The notes under the pieces: generated by a model | Database searches by the model: none | What the model saw: only the letters and a program-made list of their open reading frames with translations | Told to the model about the DNA's origin: nothing | Assembly: GCA_965267575.1 (NCBI GenBank) | Contig: OZ254086.1 | Span: forward strand, 416,001-480,000 | DNA from: Calditrichales bacterium | GTDB taxonomy: Bacteria > Calditrichota > Calditrichia > Calditrichales > J004 | DNA length: 64,000 nucleotides | Direction of reading: 5' to 3' | Made by a program: the position numbers and the translations under genes | Part shown: piece by piece, positions 9,369 to 19,033 of the stretch | Position numbering within the stretch: position 1 is the first letter of the stretch | Layout: each line of letters opens with the position of its first letter

Positions 9369-10828
9369 TTCAGTTTACCTGCCAGACGCTTTAACTGCAG
9401 CCATTCACCGCGGTCCAGGAAACCGCCCAGGAACAATAAAAGCGGCACAATAGCCAGAAACAGCAGTTTGTGCCAGAGCAACAAATCAATCCCGTAATAC
9501 AATCCCAACGCGACCGAAAGCACAATCAGCAACAATGTGATGCGACGGTACTCATACGGCACGTGGTACAGCTTCTGGTTGGCAATATAGATGGTTACGG
9601 TCATTACAAGGTAGCTCAGCAGCGTGGCAACGGCAGCGCCCATCATGCCAAAAGCGGGCATCAGGTAGAAATTACTGGAAACATTAACCAGCGCTGCCAG
9701 ACCGGTAAACAGAATCATCCAGCGTGTTTTTTTGGTAATGTATATGCCGACCGTGAAGTTAACGTAAAAGCCATACAGCATGTAAGACACCAGGATCACC
9801 GGAATGATGCCGATGCCGCCCCAATAATTTTCACCCATCAGCGTGCGGTTGCCGGGCAGAGGAAAACGCACCAGATCGCCGATGAAAAAGGTAACCACAA
9901 TGGTGATCAGGGTGGCCATGAGTGTAAAATATGTTAAAACGCGGGCATAGATGCGTCTGGCATCTTCCTGTTTGGCGATCTTTAAAAAGAAGGGCTGCCA
10001 TGCGGTGCGGAAAGCCATTACCAGCATCAGCAAAATGGTGCCGAAACGGTAGTTGGCGGAGTAGACGCCCAGGGTTTCCTTGTCCAGCAGAATGCGCATC
10101 AGGAATTTGTCGCTAACTTCAACAACCAGGTAGGCGATGCCGTTGGGGATCATCGGCAGGGCAAACAGCAGCATTTCGCGCAGTGCCGGTTTTTCGAATT
10201 GGCCTTTGAGGTAAGGTTTCTGGGCCGGAATTAAAACGATCAGATTAACGAGCGCCGACAACGCGTTGGCGTAAATAATGCCTTTTACCCCCTGCTTCAG
10301 CACAACCACAAAAACGATATTCAGGGCCAGCTCGACGACAAAGCGCGAAACACGGATGCCGGTGTAGGCAACGGAGCGCTCTTCGGCACGCAGGATGAGA
10401 TAGGGCAGGTTGCAAAACGTGTCAAAGGTGAGGATCACTGCCGCCATCTGCACAAAGAAAATGTACTGATCGCTGCCAAAAATGACCACGGACAAAGGCT
10501 CGGCTGCCAGGAAAATGATCAGCGACATCAGCAGCGCGTTGCCGCCCACAAACAGGAATGCGGTTTTGTAGATATTTTCACGGCTGAAGCGGCCCAGAAA
10601 ATAGTAGCGCATAAAGGCGGCATCCATCCCATATAGATAGATGATATTCATAAAAGCGATAAAGGTGTAAACCAGGGTATAGTCGCCGTAATCGCTGCTG
10701 GAGGCCAGGTAGGAGACGTCCGTATAAATGGGCAGCATGATCAGCCCCAGCGTACGTTGAATAAAAGTGCTGAAGGTGTAAATAAAAGAGTGACGGGAAA
10801 GATTTATCAGATTGGCTTTGAGCGACAC
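9365..10828 (-). CDS. Oligosaccharide flippase (Wzx/MOP family)
   Basis: About 12-14 TMs, polysaccharide-biosynthesis pattern (YGMDAAFMRYY, GMMGAAVATLLSY). Start set at GTG 10828, just after the aroQ stop. Confidence 0.82.
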   Translation of the reverse strand: MSLKANLINLSRHSFIYTFSTFIQRTLGLIMLPIYTDVSYLASSSDYGDYTLVYTFIAFMNIIYLYGMDAAFMRYYFLGRFSRENIYKTAFLFVGGNALLMSLIIFLAAEPLSVVIFGSDQYIFFVQMAAVILTFDTFCNLPYLILRAEERSVAYTGIRVSRFVVELALNIVFVVVLKQGVKGIIYANALSALVNLIVLIPAQKPYLKGQFEKPALREMLLFALPMIPNGIAYLVVEVSDKFLMRILLDKETLGVYSANYRFGTILLMLVMAFRTAWQPFFLKIAKQEDARRIYARVLTYFTLMATLITIVVTFFIGDLVRFPLPGNRTLMGENYWGGIGIIPVILVSYMLYGFYVNFTVGIYITKKTRWMILFTGLAALVNVSSNFYLMPAFGMMGAAVATLLSYLVMTVTIYIANQKLYHVPYEYRRITLLLIVLSVALGLYYGIDLLLWHKLLFLAIVPLLLFLGGFLDRGEWLQLKRLAGKLK

Positions 10829-10835
10829 GGCGTTT

Positions 10836-11270
10836 CTACTTGTTGCGCTTGTGTTGATGGGCCAGTGCCTGGACGGCCAAAACATAGCCGTATGGTCCAA
10901 GTCCGGTTATGGTGCCGCGTACGACACCGGAAACAACCGACTTGCGGCGGAACTCCTCGCGGCCGGCGGTATTACTGATATGCACCTCAATAACCGGCTT
11001 TGAGATGGAAGAGATCGCGTCGCGGATGGCGTAGGCGTAATGGGTAAACGCTCCGGGGTTGATCACAACGCCGTCATAGACCTCTTCGGCCTGCTGCAGG
11101 CGGTCAACTATTTCGCCTTCGTGGTTGGATTGAAAAAAATCCACCTGCACCTTTTTAAAATAGCCGGCGATAAATTTATTCATCTCTTCCAGCGTCATCC
11201 GTCCGTAAACATCGGGCTCGCGCTTGCCCAGCATATTCAGATTCGGTCCGTTGATGATCAGCACCTTCAT
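10836..11270 (-). CDS. aroQ: Type II 3-dehydroquinate dehydratase
   Basis: NGPNLNMLGKREPDVYG, QSNHEG, INPGAFTH, EVHISN. Confidence 0.97.
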   Translation of the reverse strand: MKVLIINGPNLNMLGKREPDVYGRMTLEEMNKFIAGYFKKVQVDFFQSNHEGEIVDRLQQAEEVYDGVVINPGAFTHYAYAIRDAISSISKPVIEVHISNTAGREEFRRKSVVSGVVRGTITGLGPYGYVLAVQALAHQHKRNK

Positions 11271-12358
11271 TGCGTTTTGCCCTCCTCTGCGGAAAAGATC
11301 GTAAATGCGTCACGGATCAGTTGTTCATCGGCTTTGTCTTCCACCAGCCAGCTGCCAATTTGCGATACCAGCACCAGCCTGATGTTGCCGTCTTTTACTT
11401 TTTTGTCCAGCGCCATACGCTGCAGCAACTTTTGCGGATTGATACGCCGGGCATCGAACGTTACCGGCACCTGCCGCAGCAGCGCCACGCCGCGCCGGTA
11501 ATCGGCTTCCTGCAACAGTTGGCGCTTGCGGGCATAATGCAGCGCGCAGCGCATGCCCAGAATGACCGCCTCCCCGTGTCGCAATCCGCTGAAAGCAAAC
11601 TCCGCTTCCAGGGCATGCCCGAAAGTATGGCCAAAATTGAGGATCATGCGCAGGCCCTTTTCCTGCTCATCCTGCTCCACCACGCGCGCCTTCTGCTGAG
11701 AAGATAAGTAGACGATGTGATTTAAGGTTTCGGCATCGGAAGCCAGCGCCTTTTGCAGATTGTCTTCCAGGAAATTAAAAAGCCCGGGATTGCCGATAAA
11801 GCCGTATTTGATAACCTCACCCAGCCCACAGCGCAGTTCCTCTGCCGGCAGCGTCTTCAGCAGGCTGCAATCGCTTAATACAAAAAGCGGGTGCTTGAAG
11901 GCGCCGATGAGGTTTTTACCCATAGGATGGTTGATGCCGGTTTTCCCGCCAATACTGCTATCCACCTGGGCCAGCAAGGAAGTAGGGATTTGCACCAGTT
12001 TGACGCCACGCAGATAGGTGGCTGCCACATAACCGGCCAGGTCGCCCACCACCCCTCCGCCAAAGGCCAGTACCGTAGCGCTGCGTTCAAAATGCTGCTC
12101 CAGCATCTCCGTGTAAATGCGCTGCAACTCTTCGTTGGATTTGGCTTTTTCACTGTCCGGCACGAGCATGTAGCGGGCATCCGGCAATAGCCTGCGCATG
12201 GTGTCGCCATAGAGTTTCCAGACTGTGGGGTTGGAGATGATCAACAGTTGTTTATCCGCTTTATTTTCGCGCAACAGCCGCGGCAGTTCGCTTAAAATAC
12301 CTTCGCCAATGTAGATGGGGTAACGGCTATGCGGCAGGTTCACGTCAACGGTTTTCAT
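11267..12358 (-). CDS. aroB: 3-dehydroquinate synthase
   Basis: GGGVVGDLAG, PTSLLAQVDSSIGGKTGIN, LNFGHTFGHALE, HGEAV. Confidence 0.97.
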   Translation of the reverse strand: MKTVDVNLPHSRYPIYIGEGILSELPRLLRENKADKQLLIISNPTVWKLYGDTMRRLLPDARYMLVPDSEKAKSNEELQRIYTEMLEQHFERSATVLAFGGGVVGDLAGYVAATYLRGVKLVQIPTSLLAQVDSSIGGKTGINHPMGKNLIGAFKHPLFVLSDCSLLKTLPAEELRCGLGEVIKYGFIGNPGLFNFLEDNLQKALASDAETLNHIVYLSSQQKARVVEQDEQEKGLRMILNFGHTFGHALEAEFAFSGLRHGEAVILGMRCALHYARKRQLLQEADYRRGVALLRQVPVTFDARRINPQKLLQRMALDKKVKDGNIRLVLVSQIGSWLVEDKADEQLIRDAFTIFSAEEGKTQ

Positions 12359-12897
12359 GTACCTTTATACCCTTCGATAAGGTTGAGCAATTCGGCGGCC
12401 ACATTTTCCGCTTCCAGGCCGTCACGGTTAAAAACGATATGCGCCTGCTCGTAATCGCTCTGGCGCACATCCAGCAGGTTTTTAATTCTCTCCAGCATTT
12501 CATCCGGGCCGGAAGCATCGCGCAGCAGTGGGCGCGTTTGTTTGTGTTGCACGCGCTTCAAAATTTCTTCGGGCGCGCTCTTTAAATAAATAACGAGCCC
12601 GCTTTGCCTTAAAATCTCGCGGTTCGTTTTGGAAACCACCGCCCCTCCGCCCAGGGCGATCACAGCCTTTTGCTCTTTCCGGCTCATCTCGCGGATGGTA
12701 ATCTCTTCCATCATGCGGAAATCATCTTCACCGTCTTCGGCAAAAATGCGGTCGATTGTTTTGTTTGCCCGCTGTTCAATAATGTGGTCAACATCGAAGA
12801 ATTGCCGCTTCATTCTGCTGGCCAGCAGCGGGCCTATGCGACTTTTGCCGGCACCCATAAAACCGCTGAGGAAGATATGCTTTTCGTTCAGATTCAT
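12355..12897 (-). CDS. aroK: Shikimate kinase
   Basis: GFMGAGKS P-loop, ALGGG, RPLL; coupled to aroB. Confidence 0.95.
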   Translation of the reverse strand: MNLNEKHIFLSGFMGAGKSRIGPLLASRMKRQFFDVDHIIEQRANKTIDRIFAEDGEDDFRMMEEITIREMSRKEQKAVIALGGGAVVSKTNREILRQSGLVIYLKSAPEEILKRVQHKQTRPLLRDASGPDEMLERIKNLLDVRQSDYEQAHIVFNRDGLEAENVAAELLNLIEGYKGT

Positions 12898-13544
12898 TCG
12901 AATAACACCATTTGTTTGCTACCTGTTTTTGAACCAAAGCGGCGCAGGAATGTTTTGCGGTGAATTTCGCAGGCGCCGTGCTTATCTATCGCCGCAAGGT
13001 GCTCCGCGGTGGCATAACCCTTGTGCTTGTCAAAACCGTATTGCGGCCACTGTTCGTGCCATTTTTCCATCAGCCTGTCGCGATGCACTTTAGCCAAAAT
13101 GGAGGCCGCGGCAATGCTCAGCGATTTGCCGTCCCCCTTGATAACCGCCTGGCCTTTGAGCACTTCCGTGCCATCGCGGTAGAGAAACGAAGGAAAATCG
13201 CGTCCGTCCACGAGCACAAACTCCGGGCGCTGTTCCAGGGTGTTCAGACAACGCTTCATGGCCAGAAAGGTGGCTTTTATAATATTGTGGCGATCGATCT
13301 CCTCAACGCTTGCTTCGGCAACGGCGTAGCACAAGGCTTTTTCACGGATCAGCGGCTCCAGCTCCTGACGTTTTTTTTCATTAAGCTTTTTGGAATCATT
13401 GATGGCGGTAAGTCTTTGCGCCGGCGGCCAGATCACCGCAGCAGCCACCACCGGCCCGCCCAACGGACCGCGCCCTACCTCATCGACGCCCGCCAGCAGG
13501 CGCACGCCGTTTTTCCAGTACGTATTATCAAATCGGATAGTCAT
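12894..13544 (-). CDS. rnhB: Ribonuclease HII
   Basis: GVDEVGRGPL, DSKKL, VDG, IAAASILAKV.RD, HKGY. Confidence 0.96.
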   Translation of the reverse strand: MTIRFDNTYWKNGVRLLAGVDEVGRGPLGGPVVAAAVIWPPAQRLTAINDSKKLNEKKRQELEPLIREKALCYAVAEASVEEIDRHNIIKATFLAMKRCLNTLEQRPEFVLVDGRDFPSFLYRDGTEVLKGQAVIKGDGKSLSIAAASILAKVHRDRLMEKWHEQWPQYGFDKHKGYATAEHLAAIDKHGACEIHRKTFLRRFGSKTGSKQMVLFE

Positions 13545-13583
13545 ATTAGATGGGAAAAATTACTGCGTGACGGCTTAGGATAC

Positions 13584-13612
13584 AAAAAAAAGGCTGCCCA
13601 GGGGACAGCCTT
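13584..13612 (-). terminator. Intrinsic terminator after the lipoprotein gene
   Basis: Minus strand AAGGCTG...CAGCC stem followed by a long T run. Confidence 0.75.
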
Positions 13613-13617
13613 ATTAG

Positions 13618-14379
13618 TCAAATGACACTTATATCATATTTGTTCTTAATGTTGGTTTTGAGCTTTTGCTCGAGATTATCGCAATCACCATTGCCATTAT
13701 GGTCATTAATGACCAGGTCGCCATTTGTTTCAAGCTGCATAGCGCCATCGTCAAGACATTGCGTAATGTCGATATTTTCCAGCCACTCGCCCACGTTCAA
13801 ATTCAGGATGACATTGTTGGTCTCGCCTTCCCGGATAACGATACCGTTCGGTTGCTCAAAACGCACATCTTCATTCAGCTTTAATATAATCGTAAATCCT
13901 CTTTCGGGGTTGCCGTTATAATCGAATGTCCCGCTAATCATGAGCGTATTGTCCAGCAGAGGATCGCTTATTGCGATCAGCCCGTCTTCGCTTTTTGTAT
14001 CGTCCAGCCGTACATCAATGCGTTTATAGATGTCGGCGGGCACCTCAAAGGCGCCAATGGCAGGGACGGCAACACCGTCTATCAAATCTATAATGAACGG
14101 GCCGTCAAGACTAATCTGCCGGGTAGAGTCCTGCGTGCTGTCCGGAAGATCAAATTGAATATGCCGCACGTTGGCACGTGCCTCTGTTATAGTAAAAATC
14201 GTGCCGGAAGCATCGGTAATTTTAACTGACCCGTGTGAGGGAGCTTGGGCTTTATTCAAACCTGTCGAACTGAACCGCATACTAAAGGTGGCCAATGTAT
14301 CACTTGAATCTGTTCCACTGTCACACGCTGTGAAAGAAAGAATGAGCAGACTTACAAAAAAGGTGCTCAAGAATTTCAT
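13618..14379 (-). CDS. Lipoprotein of unknown function (DUF4382-like beta sandwich)
   Basis: SD GGAG before ATG 14379, lipobox FTAC, beta-rich body with 'YKRIDVRL' and 'VILNLNVGEW'. Family call tentative. Confidence 0.65.
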   Translation of the reverse strand: MKFLSTFFVSLLILSFTACDSGTDSSDTLATFSMRFSSTGLNKAQAPSHGSVKITDASGTIFTITEARANVRHIQFDLPDSTQDSTRQISLDGPFIIDLIDGVAVPAIGAFEVPADIYKRIDVRLDDTKSEDGLIAISDPLLDNTLMISGTFDYNGNPERGFTIILKLNEDVRFEQPNGIVIREGETNNVILNLNVGEWLENIDITQCLDDGAMQLETNGDLVINDHNGNGDCDNLEQKLKTNIKNKYDISVI

Positions 14380-14425
14380 AAATACTCCTATAGATGTTTC
14401 TTTTGTGATGGCTTTAAACAGCAAC

Positions 14426-14464
14426 AAAATAAAGGGCTTCCCGCCGCTAAAGACGGGTAAGCCC
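14426..14464 (-). terminator. Stem-loop/terminator between the DUF5666 gene and the lipoprotein gene
   Basis: Minus strand GGGCTTACCCG...CGGGAAGCCC followed by TTTATTTT. Confidence 0.55.
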
Positions 14465-14473
14465 CGCTAAAAC

Positions 14474-16468
14474 TTATCGGATAAGTGTCATTTTACGTGC
14501 CAGCGATATATCGGCAGAGCGCAGCATATAGATGTACATACCGCTCGAAACCACGGCGCCAGCCTCATTTCGTCCATCCCATTTAAAGCTATAATCACCG
14601 CTGCCAAGAGTTCCGTTGAACAGCGTCCGTACTTTGCGGCCAGTAATATCGTATACCTCAAGAATGATTTTTCCGGAAAGACCGCTGTTTATAGAAAACT
14701 CGATAATCGTTTCCGGGTTGAACGGGTTGGGATAGTTTGCATGTAACCGTAAGCCCTCGGGCAACACGATTGTTTCATCGTTAACCGATGTAACACCGCT
14801 GCTCTTTTCCAGCTTGGCCTGCAGAACCGTGTTTTCCAGTTGTGATTGCAGTGCCCAGACAGTCACCCTGTCGCCGGTTTTGAGACTTGCGGAAGTCGTT
14901 GATTGATAGTTTTGATCCAAAATAAGAGAGTTCGCGTCTGTACGGAATTGGGGGCCTTCAATTTCTATTAGGTCGTCCGTGAGTGCCGTAATATCTCCGC
15001 TGACCATGATCAGGCCGGGCTTGTCTTCCAGCTTGATTCGCACTGCCAGTAACTTGCCGTCGGCCTGCACACGACCCTTAATTTCCACAACATCGTCCAC
15101 CTTCAGATCACTGTAGGCCATGGTATTGCCCCGAAGATCCAGAACGACTGTCATGTCATTCACCAAAAAGTGTATACCGGATACCGTAATGGAATCGGCA
15201 TGCAATGCTTCGATCAGTCCTGTGAACTCTACCTCATCATTATCGCGGTCTTCAATCTTAATACGTTGAGCATACAGCGAGCCGTCGGCATTAAAACGAC
15301 CTTTCACCTCAACAAACAAGCCTGTGCTTACCTGCTGTAATTCAATAGGATTGTTATTATTATCAAGAATAACAGTAGCGTCATCTACTTGAAAAAGCGT
15401 GTTTTCAACGCCGATTGTATTTTCCGTTACCGAAGTCACCTGCCCGCTAAACTCCACCTCATTCTGATGAAAACGCTTTACCTTAATACGCTCTGCCGCT
15501 ATCACCTTGTCAGCAACAAGTGTACCTTTCACCTCCACACGCTGGCCTTTTTCCAGGTCTGTGATTGTGACCGTATCTTTGGCGAAATTCATGATTAGCG
15601 TGCGCGGGTTTATCTCGACCCGGTAATCAAGAAGCTCAATAAAATTAACACCAACGGAATCTATGCGACCGGTGATTTCAATCTCGTTTTCATCGTCGTC
15701 TTCCACCTTGATACGTAACGCCGTCAGCAACCCGTCTTCTGCAATAGCGGCTTTCACTTCCACAAACAAGCCTACCGTCAGGTCGGAAAAACTGCCGGGT
15801 TGATCGTTTCGCAGCTCAATTAAGGTAGCATTTGTAACCCGTATATGGCGATTGTTAATCACGATCTCATCAACGAGCACCGAATCAATGTGCCCGGAGA
15901 ATTCCAGCTCATTGTCAAAATCCGGCTCTTCCAGTTCGATCTCATCCGCCACAAGTGAGTCAGTGCCGATAAAATGGCCTTCAACTTCCACGAACATGCC
16001 GACTTTCAGCTGATCGAAGGTGACCTCCAAACCATGAGCACCCTCGATACGCGTGTGAGCTGTTACGGTAAAGAGGTAACCATTTACTTTAATGCTATTA
16101 TCTGTAAGTGCGGCAATCAGGCCTTTGGTTTCCAATTCACGTTCATCATCATCGTCGTCCTTTCCTTCGCGTTCTATCTTTTCAGCATAGTAGCGATTTT
16201 CTGAAATAAGACGGCCTTCCACCTCAACGAAATCACCCACGGCCAGATCACTAAAAATGATCTCGCCTTCATCATCCTTGTATTCTGTATGGAAATCCAC
16301 ATCAAAGATAAAACCGTTTACCACGAGGCTGTCTTCTCCAATGCTCTGGATCGCTCCTTCAACTTCTATGTCATCGTCATCTGCGAGTAGCGCGGAACTC
16401 AATGAAAACAAAAAGATAGCTATAAAAAGTATCAGCCATCTGCTGAAAATGGATGTAGCGTTGAACAT
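14474..16468 (-). CDS. Secreted protein with seven DUF5666-type repeats and a C-terminal T9SS/FlgD-type sorting domain
   Basis: SD AGGAG before ATG 16468 and a signal peptide. Seven ~75-aa repeats of pattern E(F)xGxI..V....T.I....L..G..VEVKG....A.RI, then NYPNPFNPETIIEF...WDGRN...SSGMYIY. Confidence 0.85.
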   Translation of the reverse strand: MFNATSIFSRWLILFIAIFLFSLSSALLADDDDIEVEGAIQSIGEDSLVVNGFIFDVDFHTEYKDDEGEIIFSDLAVGDFVEVEGRLISENRYYAEKIEREGKDDDDDERELETKGLIAALTDNSIKVNGYLFTVTAHTRIEGAHGLEVTFDQLKVGMFVEVEGHFIGTDSLVADEIELEEPDFDNELEFSGHIDSVLVDEIVINNRHIRVTNATLIELRNDQPGSFSDLTVGLFVEVKAAIAEDGLLTALRIKVEDDDENEIEITGRIDSVGVNFIELLDYRVEINPRTLIMNFAKDTVTITDLEKGQRVEVKGTLVADKVIAAERIKVKRFHQNEVEFSGQVTSVTENTIGVENTLFQVDDATVILDNNNNPIELQQVSTGLFVEVKGRFNADGSLYAQRIKIEDRDNDEVEFTGLIEALHADSITVSGIHFLVNDMTVVLDLRGNTMAYSDLKVDDVVEIKGRVQADGKLLAVRIKLEDKPGLIMVSGDITALTDDLIEIEGPQFRTDANSLILDQNYQSTTSASLKTGDRVTVWALQSQLENTVLQAKLEKSSGVTSVNDETIVLPEGLRLHANYPNPFNPETIIEFSINSGLSGKIILEVYDITGRKVRTLFNGTLGSGDYSFKWDGRNEAGAVVSSGMYIYMLRSADISLARKMTLIR

Positions 16469-16511
16469 GTCCTTTCTCCTTCTATTAAAGTTTTTTGACG
16501 GACATATTCTA

Positions 16512-16628
16512 TTCAACGTGTATGCCAAATATTTAAAGCATTAAAAAACAACGACTTACAAAAAAGTGCACATATTGTATATGTGAGCTATTTATGCTCA
16601 CATAAATATTTTTGCGCATATATTGCGC
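16512..16628 (-). promoter_or_regulatory. Putative sigma54 promoter with IHF-like site and palindromic enhancer
   Basis: TTGGCATACACGTTGAA (16528-16512) has correct -24/-12 spacing. AAACAACGACTTA (16546-16558) is one mismatch from WATCAANNNNTTR. Inverted repeats TATGTGAGC-N7-GCTCACATA (16580-16604) and GCGCA-N5-TGCGC (16614-16628). Confidence 0.6.
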
Positions 16629-16648
16629 TATGCGATCGTTGAGAGAGG

Positions 16649-19033
16649 TTATCTCCAATGTACAGGATACAGCTTCTTTCCGTCACTTTCAAAAATTACC
16701 GCTCCATGGCGGTCCGTGCGGAAGACGGTGGTGCCGTTGCGTGCCAGGCGGCGGATGGTGAGCGAACTGGGATGGTCAAACTTGTTTCTTTCACCCACGG
16801 AGATAACAGCGTATTGCGGCGTCAAAATGTCAATAAAAGATGGCGTGGATGAGGTGCGGCTGCCATGGTGCCCCACTTTCAGCAGATCGCAATCGAGAAA
16901 ATCGCCAAAGATGTGCATACTGTGCTCGGCTGCCTCCTCGGCATCACCGGTGAGCAGAATGCTGTTATTGCCGTGCAGCAGCTTTATGACGATACTGCCA
17001 TCGTTGATCTGGCCGCCGCCGGTTAATGCCTCGCTGCGCAAAAAGCGTTCGGAAGGATGCAAAACATACGCCCGCGTGGATGGATCAAAATGTATCATAT
17101 CGCCTCTTTTGCGCTCTGAAATGGCTACGTTTTTAGCCTGCGCTTTCTGCAGAATACGCGCGTAGAATTTTGATTCCACGTCTTGACCGGAAAGGATCAG
17201 CGTATCCACCTCCATGTAATCGATAATTGTTTCAAAGCCGCCGATGTGATCGCTGTGCGGATGACTGCCAATCAGATAGTCCAGCTTATCAATCCCGGCG
17301 TAGTAGAGGTAAGGCAGTACGTGGCGCTCGGCTGCGTCAAAATGGAATTTCTTGTCTCCGCCATCAACCAGAGCGGTGCGACCATTGGGAAATTCCAGCA
17401 ATACGGCATCACCCTGCCCCACGCTGATAAATGTAAGGCGCAGATTCTGCTGTGCCGGGCGCAGGGCCTGGCTTAAGACGAAGAGCAAAACAGTCACGAG
17501 AAAGGTCAGGCGCATTTTAGGTAAACGCCAGTTAAAAAAGGCAATTACCAGCATCAGGAAGAGTGCGATCTGCCACAGTGAAGGATGGGCCAGGTGCAGT
17601 TGGATAAATGGAAGATGCGAGAAACCGGTAATAACATAGATGATCCCGGCAAGCAGCCAATCTATTAAAATGCCGATACCAACGGCAGGGACAAAAGGAA
17701 TAAAGGCTCCAATGGCAAGAGCAAAACTGAGCATCACCACCATGCCGATAACCGGGATAACAATAATATTAGCCATAATGGCGCCCAATTGCACTGTGTT
17801 AAAATAATACCAGGTCAGCGGCGTGGTGGCCAGTACAGCGCAAAAAGAAGCTATGGCGGGCTGCCGGAAGTAGCGTTCCAGCGCGGCGCCGCTTTTCCCA
17901 CGCAGCGCCAGGCGTGGCATAAGAGAAGCCAGTTTAGGCGTGCCGTAAATTAATCCCCAGACAGCAAGGAAAGAATATTGAAAGCCGGGCAAAAGCAGCT
18001 CTTCCGGGCGGAATGCCAGTATCAGCAACCCGGCCAGAGCGATAGCCTGCAGAGGGTGCACGCGGCGTTGCAACAATCCCGAGGCCAGGTAAACAAGCGC
18101 CATGGTGGAAGCACGCACCACGGGCGCCTTAAAACCGACCAGGGCGGCAAACAGAAACAAAACCGAGCCGATGATAAAAGACCGGTAAAGCGGTCTGACT
18201 CCAAGCCAGCGCAATGGCAGGTAGATCATCAGCAGTAAAAAACCCACGTGCAAACCGGAAATGGCCAGCACATGCACTACGCCGCTGCGCTGAAAAGAGG
18301 CCAGCACGTCATCCTCAATATCCTGTTTCTCGCCAAGGATGAGGGCTTTAACAATGGCTGATGCGGACGGGGAAAGATGCGTTTCAATTTGTGCGCGGAT
18401 TGTATGACGCAGATTCCCCAGAAAACGGGCATGCAGCGGCAACCTTTCGTGCCCGGCAATTTGGTATGACGGGTCTCTGGGAAAGCGGTAAACAAAAAAG
18501 CGATCGTGAAGCTGGAGATAGCGGCGATAATTAAATTCTCCCGGATTTGCCGGCAGGGTGGCTTCTTCCGGCGTATCCACAATCCAGATCAGATCGCCAG
18601 GCTGCAGGGCTTTGTTCAGACGTCCCTGAAACAGCCTTATTTCCCCGCGGGCAGCGATGACGGTATCACCCATAACCAGGCTGTCGCAGTACAAGGTGTA
18701 GCTGTGCGGCTCGCCGTTTTTGTCGCGTGCTTCGCCAATCTGGCCGTGAAAGGCATCGGCCTGCCCGGCATATTTTAAAAGCGCCGCCTCCTGCTCGTCG
18801 AATCTGTAAAAGGCCACATAACCGCGTAAAGCACCAAAAAGCAATACCGCCCAAAGAGCCACCACAATAGCGGAATGACGTTTTATGAAAAAAAACAATA
18901 GCAGAAACACAGCAGCTACTGCAATTAAATGGATCATCGGGAAAACCGGCAGCCACCAGGCCAGTAAAATGCCGGCGGCAAAAAAGCAAAATGCCCAAAC
19001 AGCCGGGAAAGGTTTCGTCCATTCCGCTTTCAT
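16649..19033 (-). CDS. comEC: DNA uptake competence protein ComEC/Rec2
   Basis: HVLAISGLHVG competence motif, multiple TMs, C-terminal MBL domain (VGQGDA, SHPHSDH, KVGHHGS). Confidence 0.95.
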   Translation of the reverse strand: MKAEWTKPFPAVWAFCFFAAGILLAWWLPVFPMIHLIAVAAVFLLLFFFIKRHSAIVVALWAVLLFGALRGYVAFYRFDEQEAALLKYAGQADAFHGQIGEARDKNGEPHSYTLYCDSLVMGDTVIAARGEIRLFQGRLNKALQPGDLIWIVDTPEEATLPANPGEFNYRRYLQLHDRFFVYRFPRDPSYQIAGHERLPLHARFLGNLRHTIRAQIETHLSPSASAIVKALILGEKQDIEDDVLASFQRSGVVHVLAISGLHVGFLLLMIYLPLRWLGVRPLYRSFIIGSVLFLFAALVGFKAPVVRASTMALVYLASGLLQRRVHPLQAIALAGLLILAFRPEELLLPGFQYSFLAVWGLIYGTPKLASLMPRLALRGKSGAALERYFRQPAIASFCAVLATTPLTWYYFNTVQLGAIMANIIVIPVIGMVVMLSFALAIGAFIPFVPAVGIGILIDWLLAGIIYVITGFSHLPFIQLHLAHPSLWQIALFLMLVIAFFNWRLPKMRLTFLVTVLLFVLSQALRPAQQNLRLTFISVGQGDAVLLEFPNGRTALVDGGDKKFHFDAAERHVLPYLYYAGIDKLDYLIGSHPHSDHIGGFETIIDYMEVDTLILSGQDVESKFYARILQKAQAKNVAISERKRGDMIHFDPSTRAYVLHPSERFLRSEALTGGGQINDGSIVIKLLHGNNSILLTGDAEEAAEHSMHIFGDFLDCDLLKVGHHGSRTSSTPSFIDILTPQYAVISVGERNKFDHPSSLTIRRLARNGTTVFRTDRHGAVIFESDGKKLYPVHWR

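Noticed and set aside
16469-16528. Longest-ORF starts in the track (16528, also 4110, 10900, 14427, 23061, 39638, 43368, 45300, 52052, 58146)
   Set aside because: They fall in promoters, terminators, repeats or neighbouring genes; downstream starts fit SD and signal-peptide positions better.
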